Under the pieces are notes generated by a model. That model was not told where the DNA came from. It saw nothing but the letters and a program-made list of their open reading frames with translations, and ran no database searches. This document shows, in pieces, positions 1 to 9,045 of a stretch of 64,000 nucleotides of DNA. The DNA comes from Crocinitomicaceae bacterium (GTDB lineage: Bacteria; Bacteroidota; Bacteroidia; Flavobacteriales_D; Crocinitomicaceae), in contig JAWUWJ010000039.1 of NCBI GenBank assembly GCA_034111925.1, forward strand, positions 5,416-69,415, written 5' to 3'. The stretch's first letter is position 1; the number at the start of each line of letters is the position of its first letter. The translations under genes were made by a program, and so were the position numbers.

Positions 1-634
1 AAACCGTCACATCCGAATTCGGAAGACATCTGTGGGAATTGTCAATGAATAACATATCTCCAGCTTCCAGTCCTTCTGTAATGAAATCGTAGTTTTCAAT
101 ATCTTCAAGTGGCTTACGAATCACGTGATCAGACATTGCGTCAATACTCGCTCTTGGATAAGGATCAATCGAAGTTATTTCCGTTTTTAAATCTCCTTCT
201 GTAATTGCCTTACGAACAACTTTCGTTGAATTTCCAGAACCAATCTCAATGTACTTCGATGGATTATTTAAACGCAACAGGCAGTAAATGGAGACGATAT
301 CAAGCCCTGGAAGCATCGTGTTATTCCAAGCTGGATTGTCTTCATTCGATTCTTCCCCCGTCTTTTTGATGGAATGAAAAACGTCTTTGAAATCGACAAA
401 TTGAGTAAGCAACGATTTATACGCTTCTCTTTCTCCATCGACAATCTTATTCAATCGTGGATGTGGCCCACCATTTCCATGACCATTACGCGGTTTGAAG
501 TCAACCTTGTAATCCAAGAAAACATTCTGGAACCGCGATGAAAAAAACTTATAAATAGACTTGACCATTAACTCTCCATTTTGAAGCGCAAACATACGCA
601 AAATGGAGAAATCGACAATTATTCTGAGGTGCAT
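1..634 (-). CDS. class I SAM-dependent methyltransferase, 3' end outside the window
   Basis: Absent from the ORF track because it runs off the window edge. My translation from ATG (rc of 632-634) reads MHLRIIVDFS...NPSKYIEIGSGNSTKVVRKAI...GDMLFIDNSH. It has a glycine-rich E-I-G-S-G SAM motif I and a later acidic/hydrophobic strand typical of Rossmann methyltransferases. Confidence 0.5.
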   Translation of the reverse strand, partial: MHLRIIVDFSILRMFALQNGELMVKSIYKFFSSRFQNVFLDYKVDFKPRNGHGNGGPHPRLNKIVDGEREAYKSLLTQFVDFKDVFHSIKKTGEESNEDNPAWNNTMLPGLDIVSIYCLLRLNNPSKYIEIGSGNSTKVVRKAITEGDLKTEITSIDPYPRASIDAMSDHVIRKPLEDIENYDFITEGLEAGDMLFIDNSHRCLPNSDVTV

Positions 635-820
635 GAAATAAAATCAATTTTTAGAGGTTAATAGGATTGACCAAAAACAAACCATACTGCACCCATTTGA
701 TGAGACCATCTCTGACGTTATTTGCTAAATTATTTGTTGCCTGAAATTTCGTTTTGCACGTTGTTTCTTGCGGTCTTGAAAAATTAATAAAGCCAAGCAA
801 TAAGACTACTAGAGAAATTC

Positions 821-828
821 TATCTTTG
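821..828 (+). promoter_or_regulatory. Bacteroidota-type -7 promoter box TATCTTTG
   Basis: Perfect match to TAnnTTTG. It ends 19 nt upstream of the ATG at 847. Confidence 0.5.
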
Positions 829-846
829 CGCTACCAAAATTGAGAC

Positions 847-1842
847 ATGAGTAAACAAACCAACGAATTAGATCAAGAACGACAAAATCTTTTATTGTTC
901 ATTTGGAGAAAAAGAAAGATCATCCTAATCGGGACTGGAGTTGCTATGGCAGCCTCTATCGTGGTTTCTTTGATGATTACACCGCAGTTTAAATCAACGG
1001 CGATTGTTTTCCCAGCAGCAACAAGTACGGTTTCCTTTTCTGAACAAAGAAATGCCAAAGCAGCTGCAATGGATTTCGGTGAAGAAGATCAAGCTGAGCA
1101 ATTGGTTCAAATTCTAGCTTCTTCGCGAGTGAGAAACAGAATCGTTCAAGAATACGATTTGATGAAGCACTATAAAATTGACAAAGATGATCCGAACAAG
1201 AATTTCAAATTGGGTAAGGCGTACGATGATCATATTCAATATACGAGAACGCGTTACGGTTCTATCCAGATTGATGTAACAGATCCAGATCGTGAAATTG
1301 CAGCGGAAATCGCCAATAGAATTGTTGATCTGATCGATACGGTTAAGAATGAGATGGTGAGAGAACGAACGATTCCAGCCTTTGAAATTAACAAGCGTAA
1401 GAGAGATCAATTGGATTCAGAAAGAAGAAATTTAAAAGAACATTTGGATAGTTTATCTCTACTTGGAGTTGTTCCAATTGAAAGTAGAGCCAATTTATAT
1501 CAAGCGTACATTGATGCAAAAAACGCGGAGGATAAAGCCTTCTTTAAGGAGCAAATCGCGATTAATGCATTGCACGGTGCGTCTTACGACGGATTGCAGC
1601 AACAACGTGATGAGCGAATTATCAAACTAACGAAGTTCGAAGATTCTTATGAGCAATCGGAATCAAACGCCAACACCAATTTCAACCACAAATTCGTTGT
1701 TGAACTTGCGGTTGTTGCGGATAAAAAAGACAAACCAAAAAGAATGATTATTGTTCTTTTGGCTACAATGGGCGCATTTATCTTTATGATCTTTGTACTA
1801 CTTGTTAAGGACAGAATTTCTGAATTGAGAAAAGCAGCTTAA
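847..1842 (+). CDS. polysaccharide chain-length determinant (Wzz/PCP-like) protein
   Basis: N-terminal TM (IILIGTGVAMAASIVVSLMI) and C-terminal TM (MIIVLLATMGAFIFMIFVLLV) flank a charged, coiled-coil-like region. This is the typical PCP topology. The next gene is O-antigen-ligase-like. Confidence 0.6.
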   Translation: MSKQTNELDQERQNLLLFIWRKRKIILIGTGVAMAASIVVSLMITPQFKSTAIVFPAATSTVSFSEQRNAKAAAMDFGEEDQAEQLVQILASSRVRNRIVQEYDLMKHYKIDKDDPNKNFKLGKAYDDHIQYTRTRYGSIQIDVTDPDREIAAEIANRIVDLIDTVKNEMVRERTIPAFEINKRKRDQLDSERRNLKEHLDSLSLLGVVPIESRANLYQAYIDAKNAEDKAFFKEQIAINALHGASYDGLQQQRDERIIKLTKFEDSYEQSESNANTNFNHKFVVELAVVADKKDKPKRMIIVLLATMGAFIFMIFVLLVKDRISELRKAA

Positions 1843-3288
1843 TTGCAAACGCTCAAGGAAAATAAATGGATCCTCGGCATCAGTTTTCTGTTTGTCGGGT
1901 TGATCAGCTACTTAATCTTGAATGATCAGGCAATTTTTGCGCTTGCTCCTCTAGCTTTAATGGCTGTTTTCTGTGCCATCTATTATACCGAATATGCTTT
2001 TTTAGGAATTGCATTTCTTACACCTTTGTCTGTAAACATCGAAGAGTTCACCGAGGGAGTTGGATTGTATCTTCCAACGGAACCCATTCTTTTTGGACTT
2101 ATGATCATGCTCGTAATGATGCAGGTTCGAAAGGCAATTATTCCATCGCATGTTTGGCGAAATCCAATTGTTTTGGCCGTTGGTTTTTACCTCTTGTGGA
2201 CATTGGTCACTTCAATAACAAGTACCAATCCTACAGCCTCTTTTAAATTCCTTTTGGCCCGCTTGTGGTTCATCGTTCCATTACTAATGTTCGGACCAAT
2301 CATTTTCAAGAAGAAAAAGAATATTGATCGCTTCTTATGGCTTTTTAGCAGTGCAATGGTAATCGTCATCATTTACACCTTAATCATTCACTCCACGTAC
2401 GGATTTGGTGAACAGGAAGGACACTGGGTAATGTGGCCCTTTTTTAAAGACCATACGATTTACGGTTCTACCGTAGCTTTCGTGACTCCACTTTTGTTTG
2501 GGTTGTACTTTTCTAAAAAGCACGCGCCATTGGTTCAGTTGGTTCTAATCGCGTTGATTGGAATTACTTTAATTGGACTGTTCTTCTCGTATACGCGAGC
2601 GGCCTGGCTGAGCTTGTTTGCTGCACTTGCGGTTCTTGCTGTCATCAAACTTAAGGTCAAATTCAAGTACCTCGCGATGTTGGCTGGAATTGGATTGATT
2701 TTCTTGTACATTTCTTGGGATGGAATCCAAATTGAATTGGAACGAAACAAATTGGAACATACAACGGAGGAATTTGGGGACAAGCTTCAAAGTGCGACGA
2801 ATGTGACAACGGATGCGTCCAACCTCGAGCGAATTAATCGATGGTCATGTGCGATTGAAATGTTCAATGCGCGCCCAGTCTTTGGTTTTGGGCCTGGAAC
2901 GTATGCTTTTGAATATGCTCGTTTTCAAGAACCTGAAAACACAACCATTATCTCAACCACAAACGGAGATGGGGGAAATGCACACAGTGAATACTTAGGT
3001 CCACTTTCTGAAATGGGCCTTTTGGGCCTAATCTCGATGCTACTGATCGTTGCGGCGATCTTTTACAAATCCATTACGCTTTACATTAAATGGCCTCCAG
3101 AGGACAAAAAGACCAGAACTTTATTGCTTGCAATGATCATGTCTCTAGTCGCTTATTTCGTTCACGGAACGTTGAATAACTATTTGGATACCGATAAAGC
3201 AGCCGTTCCAATCTGGATGATGTGTGCAATCTTCATTGCTCTTGAGGCGCAGCTTCCAAAAAAGAAAAACTCCGAACTTCTCGATTGA
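1843..3288 (+). CDS. O-antigen ligase / Wzy-like polymerase family membrane protein
   Basis: Ten or more predicted TM helices. It carries the FSYTRAAWLSLFAAL segment typical of the O-antigen ligase (Wzy_C) domain and a large loop after it. The ORF opens at TTG directly after the upstream stop, so the exact start is uncertain. Confidence 0.65.
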   Translation: MQTLKENKWILGISFLFVGLISYLILNDQAIFALAPLALMAVFCAIYYTEYAFLGIAFLTPLSVNIEEFTEGVGLYLPTEPILFGLMIMLVMMQVRKAIIPSHVWRNPIVLAVGFYLLWTLVTSITSTNPTASFKFLLARLWFIVPLLMFGPIIFKKKKNIDRFLWLFSSAMVIVIIYTLIIHSTYGFGEQEGHWVMWPFFKDHTIYGSTVAFVTPLLFGLYFSKKHAPLVQLVLIALIGITLIGLFFSYTRAAWLSLFAALAVLAVIKLKVKFKYLAMLAGIGLIFLYISWDGIQIELERNKLEHTTEEFGDKLQSATNVTTDASNLERINRWSCAIEMFNARPVFGFGPGTYAFEYARFQEPENTTIISTTNGDGGNAHSEYLGPLSEMGLLGLISMLLIVAAIFYKSITLYIKWPPEDKKTRTLLLAMIMSLVAYFVHGTLNNYLDTDKAAVPIWMMCAIFIALEAQLPKKKNSELLD

Positions 3289-3401
3289 AGCAAGGATTTA
3301 CGAAGTCTTCGTTACTAAATCTTTATTGATTTCTTATTCAGAAACAGATTCATCAGTGCTCCTTGAAGTAGAGTTAGTAATTGAAAATTCTTAACTCAAA
3401 T

Positions 3402-4682
3402 CTATTGAGCCACCCACAAAGAGGGATTCAAACAGGTCACGTTACTTCCACTTACCTTATGAATCTCAAAGTGAACGACAGACATAGATTGACCGGGTTT
3501 CGTCAACAATGAACCAATCACATCTTTCGTTTTAACTTTATCGCCAGCCTTCACGTAAGTATCTTGAAGTTTACTGTAAACCGTTCTGTAATTACCGTGT
3601 TTAATAATTACAACTTTCCCCGCTCCAGGAATGTTTAAAACACTTGTAACTTCGCCCTCGAAAACAGAAGTAACGTGCGCTTTTTTAGGCGTACTGATAT
3701 CAATTCCTCTGTTGTTCGTTGTCACGTTTTTAAGCGTAGGATGAGGATTCTTTCCAAATTTTTCCGTCACACTCCCTTTATCTACAGGCCAAGGCAATTT
3801 CCCTCTATTCCCTTCGAAATTTTTGCTCAAAGCAGTCGCTTTCGCGGTTTCTTTGAAAATTACGGTTTCCGTCTTAGCCGGTGTTGTCGTCGATGCAGAA
3901 GCTTCATTCTTTTTTCGAGCTGCTTCCACGGCAGCCAATCGCTTGGCTTCTGCGGCGGCAATTTCCCTTCGAATGGCGGATGCAATCTGCTCCTTCATTA
4001 TTTGACGGTCACGTTGCACTTTCCTCAGTTGCTCTAAGATCTCTTCTTCTTCTTTCTTGAATTCTTTGTAAATTCCTTCTTGCTTTAAGCGGTCCATTTC
4101 AATAGCCTCACGCTCTAGCTTCTTATCCGAAATAACAGCGAGTTTCAGTTGCTTTTCTTTCTTAATAACGCCAATCTCTTCACCGATTAAGTCCTGATGT
4201 TGACGAATCGTAATAAACTGATTTCTTTGAACCTCAGAAATACGTTTCAAATAACTGTTTCTTTTCATTGCTTCGAAATAGCTTTTCGATGAAAAGATGA
4301 ACATCATCTTACCGTACTTGTTTCTATGCTTGTAAGCGTATAAGATTAACTTCTTGTATTGTTCTTTCAAACGTTCAACCTTCGCCTTGTATTCTGCAAT
4401 CTGCTCTTCTTTCGTTTCGACTTTAAGCTCTGAACTGCGAATTTGATTGTCGTAATTCTTAAGCAATTGCACCCGAAAATTAATTTGATTTTCGATCACC
4501 TTAAGTTCGTTCATTGACGACTTCGTGTTGTCCTTTGACTTGCGAAGAAGCATGCGTGTGTCATCAATTTTACTTTCTAGACGCGCTTGTTCTTTCTTCA
4601 ATTTATCACTTGAAGCTTGACCGAATGAGAATCCAGACCAGAACAATATTGCTACAAAAATTAATCTATTGGCACTTCTCAT
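3402..4682 (-). CDS. M23 family metallopeptidase with N-terminal coiled coil (EnvC-like murein hydrolase activator)
   Basis: Signal peptide, then about 250 aa of K/E-rich coiled coil. The C-terminal LytM-type segment reads NRGIDISTPKKAHVTSVFEGEVTSV...VVIIKHGNYRTVYSKL...VHFEI. Confidence 0.85.
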   Translation of the reverse strand: MRSANRLIFVAILFWSGFSFGQASSDKLKKEQARLESKIDDTRMLLRKSKDNTKSSMNELKVIENQINFRVQLLKNYDNQIRSSELKVETKEEQIAEYKAKVERLKEQYKKLILYAYKHRNKYGKMMFIFSSKSYFEAMKRNSYLKRISEVQRNQFITIRQHQDLIGEEIGVIKKEKQLKLAVISDKKLEREAIEMDRLKQEGIYKEFKKEEEEILEQLRKVQRDRQIMKEQIASAIRREIAAAEAKRLAAVEAARKKNEASASTTTPAKTETVIFKETAKATALSKNFEGNRGKLPWPVDKGSVTEKFGKNPHPTLKNVTTNNRGIDISTPKKAHVTSVFEGEVTSVLNIPGAGKVVIIKHGNYRTVYSKLQDTYVKAGDKVKTKDVIGSLLTKPGQSMSVVHFEIHKVSGSNVTCLNPSLWVAQ

Positions 4683-5472
4683 AACTTTCAGGTATTACAA
4701 AATGAATCTGCTCAACTTTATTGACGCGCGTTTTTTTGTACTCCATGTCAATACTAATTTCTTGCAATGGAGTGACAATTCGAATTTCAACCAACTTCGG
4801 AAAAAGGATCGAATCAATCAGTTCTCTCGTCTTATAATCAACTCTAATTTCGGTGTTGTTTTCCGGGCTAAGAACGGTCATTGAAATCAATTGATCCAAT
4901 TCTAGTGACAGCGTATAGAACATTGCGACCTCGTTCAATTCGCCGTTTCTCATTTTCTTCAAATCCTTTTTGCTGTGGCTGGACAATGTATACCCTTGGT
5001 CAGAATTCATTTGAAAGTACTCGCGTTCAGGATCGAAATCAAGGGGCAAGCCCATCATCAATTCTTCGACGTTCTTCAAGCTAAAGTCGACTCCAAATTT
5101 TTCCATAATGAAGTTGATGCTTTCCTTGGTATAACATTTGTCTTTCTTGTTGGAAACCTTCACTGAATCCGCTGTAATCAAAGCATTCACAAATGGAATT
5201 CGAGCATACGATATTGTCATTATCGTTGCACTATCCGCTCTCACTCGAAGTGTTGTTTTAAACGATAGGTTCTGAGCAGTGTCAGAATAACTTGTCGAAA
5301 TTTTTGAGTAAAATGAGGAGTATTCCAAGTTAGACATTGTGCCGAGTGCTTGAACCAATTCTGCATCTTTCTTCTTGGAAAGCTTAACACCCCCTTCTGT
5401 GTTGTTCTTAGAACAAGCAACAAACAGCAGCCCGCAAAGGAGCAACAAACTATATTTAGTCAATCGGATCAT
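4666..5472 (-). CDS. lipoprotein, DUF4292-like
   Basis: Lipobox LLFVAC-S. It sits between a TPR gene and an M23 peptidase gene, as I recall for DUF4292 in Bacteroidota. It overlaps the downstream gene by 17 nt. Confidence 0.55.
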   Translation of the reverse strand: MIRLTKYSLLLLCGLLFVACSKNNTEGGVKLSKKKDAELVQALGTMSNLEYSSFYSKISTSYSDTAQNLSFKTTLRVRADSATIMTISYARIPFVNALITADSVKVSNKKDKCYTKESINFIMEKFGVDFSLKNVEELMMGLPLDFDPEREYFQMNSDQGYTLSSHSKKDLKKMRNGELNEVAMFYTLSLELDQLISMTVLSPENNTEIRVDYKTRELIDSILFPKLVEIRIVTPLQEISIDMEYKKTRVNKVEQIHFVIPESYEKCQ

Positions 5473-7171
5473 AGTACTTTTTCTCCGTTATTTTTTTGTC
5501 CAATACTGAATTGTTCGAACCCAATTTTTTCGCCGCCTCCCAAAATTCAACTGCTTCATTCGGCTCGCCCAATTTGAAAAGAACATCGCCCATGTGTTCA
5601 TTGATCATTGCATCACTCGTATTCGATTGCAACGCTAATTCAAATTTCACTTTTGCTTCCTTATACTTTCCTTTTTGAAAAAGAACCCATCCGTAGGTAT
5701 CTTGATAAATCGCATTGTTCGGCGAGGATTGCGTTATTTGTTTCGAAAGTGATTCTGCCAAATCCAAGTCTTGCTTTGAATCGGCCAATTGAATCGAAAA
5801 ATTGTTCTTAATCAATGTACTTAGAGGATCAAGGGCTATTGCTTGTTTATAATTCTTAATCCCATCGCTGTATTCCTTTTTTCCAAAATGCGCTTCTGCA
5901 ATTTGACCTCTGAATTCAGCTTGCAATGGTGGATCGTCTAAAACAATTTCAACACCATAACTCAATATGTCAATCGCCTCGTCGTATTTTCCAATTTGAT
6001 TTGCACTCAAACCATTCAAAAGATAAACGGTTGTCATCGTTGGAAACAATTCCAAGCATTCTGTACTGTGCGCGTACAATTCTTCGTACTGACCGGCTTG
6101 GTATTCCATGATCATTACTTGATTCCAAATTGGGTACTTGCCTTTGTTGAATGACAATGCTTTTTTATATGCTTTTAATGCGCCTGGCTCATCGTTTGCC
6201 GTTAAGAGGTAATCTCCTTGAACTGAATAAACGATGGCTTCTTCTGGGTGAACTTCGATTAGAATATCAAGAAGTTCGTACATCTCAGGATCAATTTTAA
6301 AATCCTCTTCGTGGACACGAATCATCAATTTTGCCTTCGTGTCAACATCCAATTTAGAAGATGAAAAAGCAGCACGTAATTCTTCATACGCTTTCGTCAT
6401 ATCACCAGTCTGCTGATAATGATCTGCTAACGCCAAGTGCGCTCTTCCATTATCCGGCTCGGCAATTACCAATTCTTGCAGCATTGTTATTCCTTCAGCG
6501 GATCGATTCGTTTTAAAATAGAAATCAACCAAATTGGCAATAATATTTGCATCCTTCGGGAAAGAAACTCGCGCTTCAATCAATTCTTTTTCAGCGTTGT
6601 CCATATCCTCCATATCCATATACAACTGGAATCTTTGGAGTGCAAATTGAGGATGTTTTCCAGCTTGATCTTCGGCTTGGTTCAGAATTTCAATGGCGTT
6701 TTTTTCTTGGCCGTTTCGAACCAAAGCTTCGGCATAACCATAGAGCCAATCAATACTTTTAGGTTCAATTTCTACAAGCTTTTTAAAGTTGACAACGGAG
6801 TTTGAGTAATCTTCGCGCTCGAAGTACATATAAGCCAATTCCTGAATATACCATGTATTCACAGGATCAATTTCGGCAGCTTTTAGAATGTATTCCGCTG
6901 ATTTCTCAGGGTTTTCGCGTTGCAATTCAAGCTTTGATAAAGCATAATAAACCGCATCATCATCGGTGCGAACCGTTAAGCAATATTCAAATTTTGCGAT
7001 CGCCTCTTCTATTCTACCCTTGGTTTTAAACCGAAGTCCTTCGTGAAAAGCTTGGATATAAGGATGATCTGCCTTGGATACGCCTTGTTGAGATGCGATT
7101 ACTTCTTTCTCCGTACCACAAGCTGTGGTTAAGAAAAGGGACAGAATTATATATAAAAATGGTTTATTCAT
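5456..7171 (-). CDS. tetratricopeptide repeat lipoprotein
   Basis: Repeated 34-aa A/Y/L patterns run throughout. I moved the start to ATG (rc of 7169-7171), which gives MNKPFLYIILSLFLTTACG, a signal plus lipobox. The track start at 7192 is a TTG. Confidence 0.8.
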   Translation of the reverse strand: MNKPFLYIILSLFLTTACGTEKEVIASQQGVSKADHPYIQAFHEGLRFKTKGRIEEAIAKFEYCLTVRTDDDAVYYALSKLELQRENPEKSAEYILKAAEIDPVNTWYIQELAYMYFEREDYSNSVVNFKKLVEIEPKSIDWLYGYAEALVRNGQEKNAIEILNQAEDQAGKHPQFALQRFQLYMDMEDMDNAEKELIEARVSFPKDANIIANLVDFYFKTNRSAEGITMLQELVIAEPDNGRAHLALADHYQQTGDMTKAYEELRAAFSSSKLDVDTKAKLMIRVHEEDFKIDPEMYELLDILIEVHPEEAIVYSVQGDYLLTANDEPGALKAYKKALSFNKGKYPIWNQVMIMEYQAGQYEELYAHSTECLELFPTMTTVYLLNGLSANQIGKYDEAIDILSYGVEIVLDDPPLQAEFRGQIAEAHFGKKEYSDGIKNYKQAIALDPLSTLIKNNFSIQLADSKQDLDLAESLSKQITQSSPNNAIYQDTYGWVLFQKGKYKEAKVKFELALQSNTSDAMINEHMGDVLFKLGEPNEAVEFWEAAKKLGSNNSVLDKKITEKKYYDPID

Positions 7172-8183
7172 TGACGTTGGAATAATCTCCAAGGCTCAAA
7201 TCTCGCGCCAAACCGTTGTACGCTACTTTTGAACCTATCATTGAGTCTTTTAATACACTATTTGTAATTGAAGTATCGTGTTGAATAATCGAGTTTGAAA
7301 CAACACTATTCGTTATTTTAGTTCCTGCTCCGATTGAAGCATAAGGACCAACTACGGCGTTTTCCAATTCAACATTCGCTCCTATAAAACAAGGCTGAAC
7401 AATCACTGAGTTCGTTGATTTAACCGAACTGTGGACGTTATCATTTCCTTTCGCTAATTCATTTTTCAATACCTGGGCATTGGTTTCAACAGTCACTTTT
7501 TTGTTACCGCAATCCATCCATTGATCAACCTCTCCTGTTTTGAAAACCTTTCCTTTGGCCATCATCCCTTTAATTCCGTCGTTGATTTGGTATTCACCGC
7601 CGTTAATGATGTTGTTGTCCAATACATTCTGCAATTCAATTTTCAGGTCTCCTGCTTCCTTGAAATAATAAATTCCAATGACCGCAAGATCACTAACAAA
7701 GTGTTCTGGTTTTTCGACCAATTCAACAATTTCTTTGTCTTCGTTTAGTTTAACTACACCGAAAGCCTCAGGGCGTTCAACTTGTTTCACCCAAATTACA
7801 GCATCAGCTGCTGGATCTAAATCGAATGTTGCTTGAATTAAGGTGTCTGCATACGCGATAACCGTCGGTCCTGATAGAGAATCTTTAGCACACATAATCG
7901 CATGTCCTGTTCCTAAAGGTTCTAATTGACGGTAAATTGACGCTTTTGCTCCAAGCGATTCTGCCAATTCCGTTAGGCTTTGAACAACGTCCTCTCCGAA
8001 AAATGCTGGGTCACCTAAAATGAACGCTACTTCTTCAATTTTTTCGTCTACAATTTCCGCGATATCTCGCACCAATCGATGCACGATCGGTTGACCTGCA
8101 ACAGGCACTAATGGTTTGGGAACTGTCAATGTATGTGGTCTCAGTCGGCTTCCTCGACCTGCCATTGGTACAATAATTTTCAT
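7164..8183 (-). CDS. sugar-phosphate nucleotidyltransferase with C-terminal left-handed beta-helix
   Basis: The N-terminal VPMAGRGSRLRPHTLTVPKPL motif is the NTP-transferase G-x-G-x-R signature. The C-terminal third shows hexapeptide-like repeats (IGANVELENAVVGPYASIGAGTKITNSVV). Confidence 0.8.
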   Translation of the reverse strand: MKIIVPMAGRGSRLRPHTLTVPKPLVPVAGQPIVHRLVRDIAEIVDEKIEEVAFILGDPAFFGEDVVQSLTELAESLGAKASIYRQLEPLGTGHAIMCAKDSLSGPTVIAYADTLIQATFDLDPAADAVIWVKQVERPEAFGVVKLNEDKEIVELVEKPEHFVSDLAVIGIYYFKEAGDLKIELQNVLDNNIINGGEYQINDGIKGMMAKGKVFKTGEVDQWMDCGNKKVTVETNAQVLKNELAKGNDNVHSSVKSTNSVIVQPCFIGANVELENAVVGPYASIGAGTKITNSVVSNSIIQHDTSITNSVLKDSMIGSKVAYNGLARDLSLGDYSNVNE

Positions 8184-8361
8184 TCTAATATATCTTAATT
8201 TCTAATTCTTCTATCTTTCAAAACCGTATTCTACTCGCTATTTATTTAACCACAGAGGCGCAAAAGACACAATTTTCCCAATTGTACAGGACGCAAGTTG
8301 AACCTCGTTCAACAAGGTGACATTCATAATAATTCCGAATTCATAACTCATAACTTCGAAC

Positions 8362-8796
8362 TTACTTCACCCCCGTACTTCCGAAGCCACCGCTTCCTCT
8401 GTCCGTTGATGATAATTCACTTACCTCTTGCCATTCCGCTTGTTCAACTTTCGCAAACACGAGCTGTGCGATCCGTTCTCCATTTTCCACAACAAACGCC
8501 TCGTTGGACATATTGATCAAAATCACTCCAACTTCTCCACGGTAATCCGCATCGATAGTTCCAGGTGAATTTAAAACGGAAACTCCATTTTTATACGCCA
8601 ATCCGCTTCTTGGACGCACTTGGCATTCGAACCCAACGGGAATCTCTAAAAACAAACCTGTTTTAACCAAAGCTCTTTCCAATGGTTTTAACTCGATTGA
8701 TTCAGTGATATTCGCCCGAACGTCTAATCCTGCCGATGCTATTGTTTCGTATGCTGGCAGGGAATGGTTGGACTTATTTATAACTTTTACTTGCAT
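8362..8796 (-). CDS. dut: dUTP diphosphatase
   Basis: Conserved dUTPase motifs are present: [52 protein letters not shown]. Confidence 0.95.
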   Translation of the reverse strand: MQVKVINKSNHSLPAYETIASAGLDVRANITESIELKPLERALVKTGLFLEIPVGFECQVRPRSGLAYKNGVSVLNSPGTIDADYRGEVGVILINMSNEAFVVENGERIAQLVFAKVEQAEWQEVSELSSTDRGSGGFGSTGVK

Positions 8797-8814
8797 GGTC
8801 TTTTCTTAACTAAC

Positions 8815-8822
8815 CAAATTTA
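8815..8822 (-). promoter_or_regulatory. -7 promoter box TAAATTTG for dut
   Basis: The reverse complement of caaattta is TAAATTTG, a perfect TAnnTTTG. It lies 19 nt upstream of the dut ATG. Confidence 0.45.
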
Positions 8823-9045
8823 AGAAAATTAGCCCCTTTGAAATACGGGGAAACAGAGAGTTACTAACGTTTAGGCGTTAGCTTTCGTCTTCGACACTAA
8901 TGATGCTGTCGAGGTTGTGGCTTTCTAACAAAAAAATCTTTAGTTAAACAGCTTTAGATTCCAAGAGTTACATTTACAAACAATTACATTTTTTTCAAAT
9001 TGTAAATTGCAATGCCTACTTTCGAGTTCTATTAAACTTCAACTT

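Noticed and set aside
3675-4037. 120-aa and 60-aa plus-strand ORFs antisense to the M23 peptidase gene
   Set aside because: They are low-complexity reverse reads of the K/E-rich coiled-coil region. The minus-strand ORF has clear LytM motifs.
8842-8878. ACGGGGAAA and ACGTTTAGGCG upstream of the BNR-protein gene, resembling the LytTR-type half-sites
   Set aside because: The spacing is 25 bp rather than 20-21 bp. The first element is shortened and the second lacks GGAAA. No TAnnTTT box lies at the expected offset.
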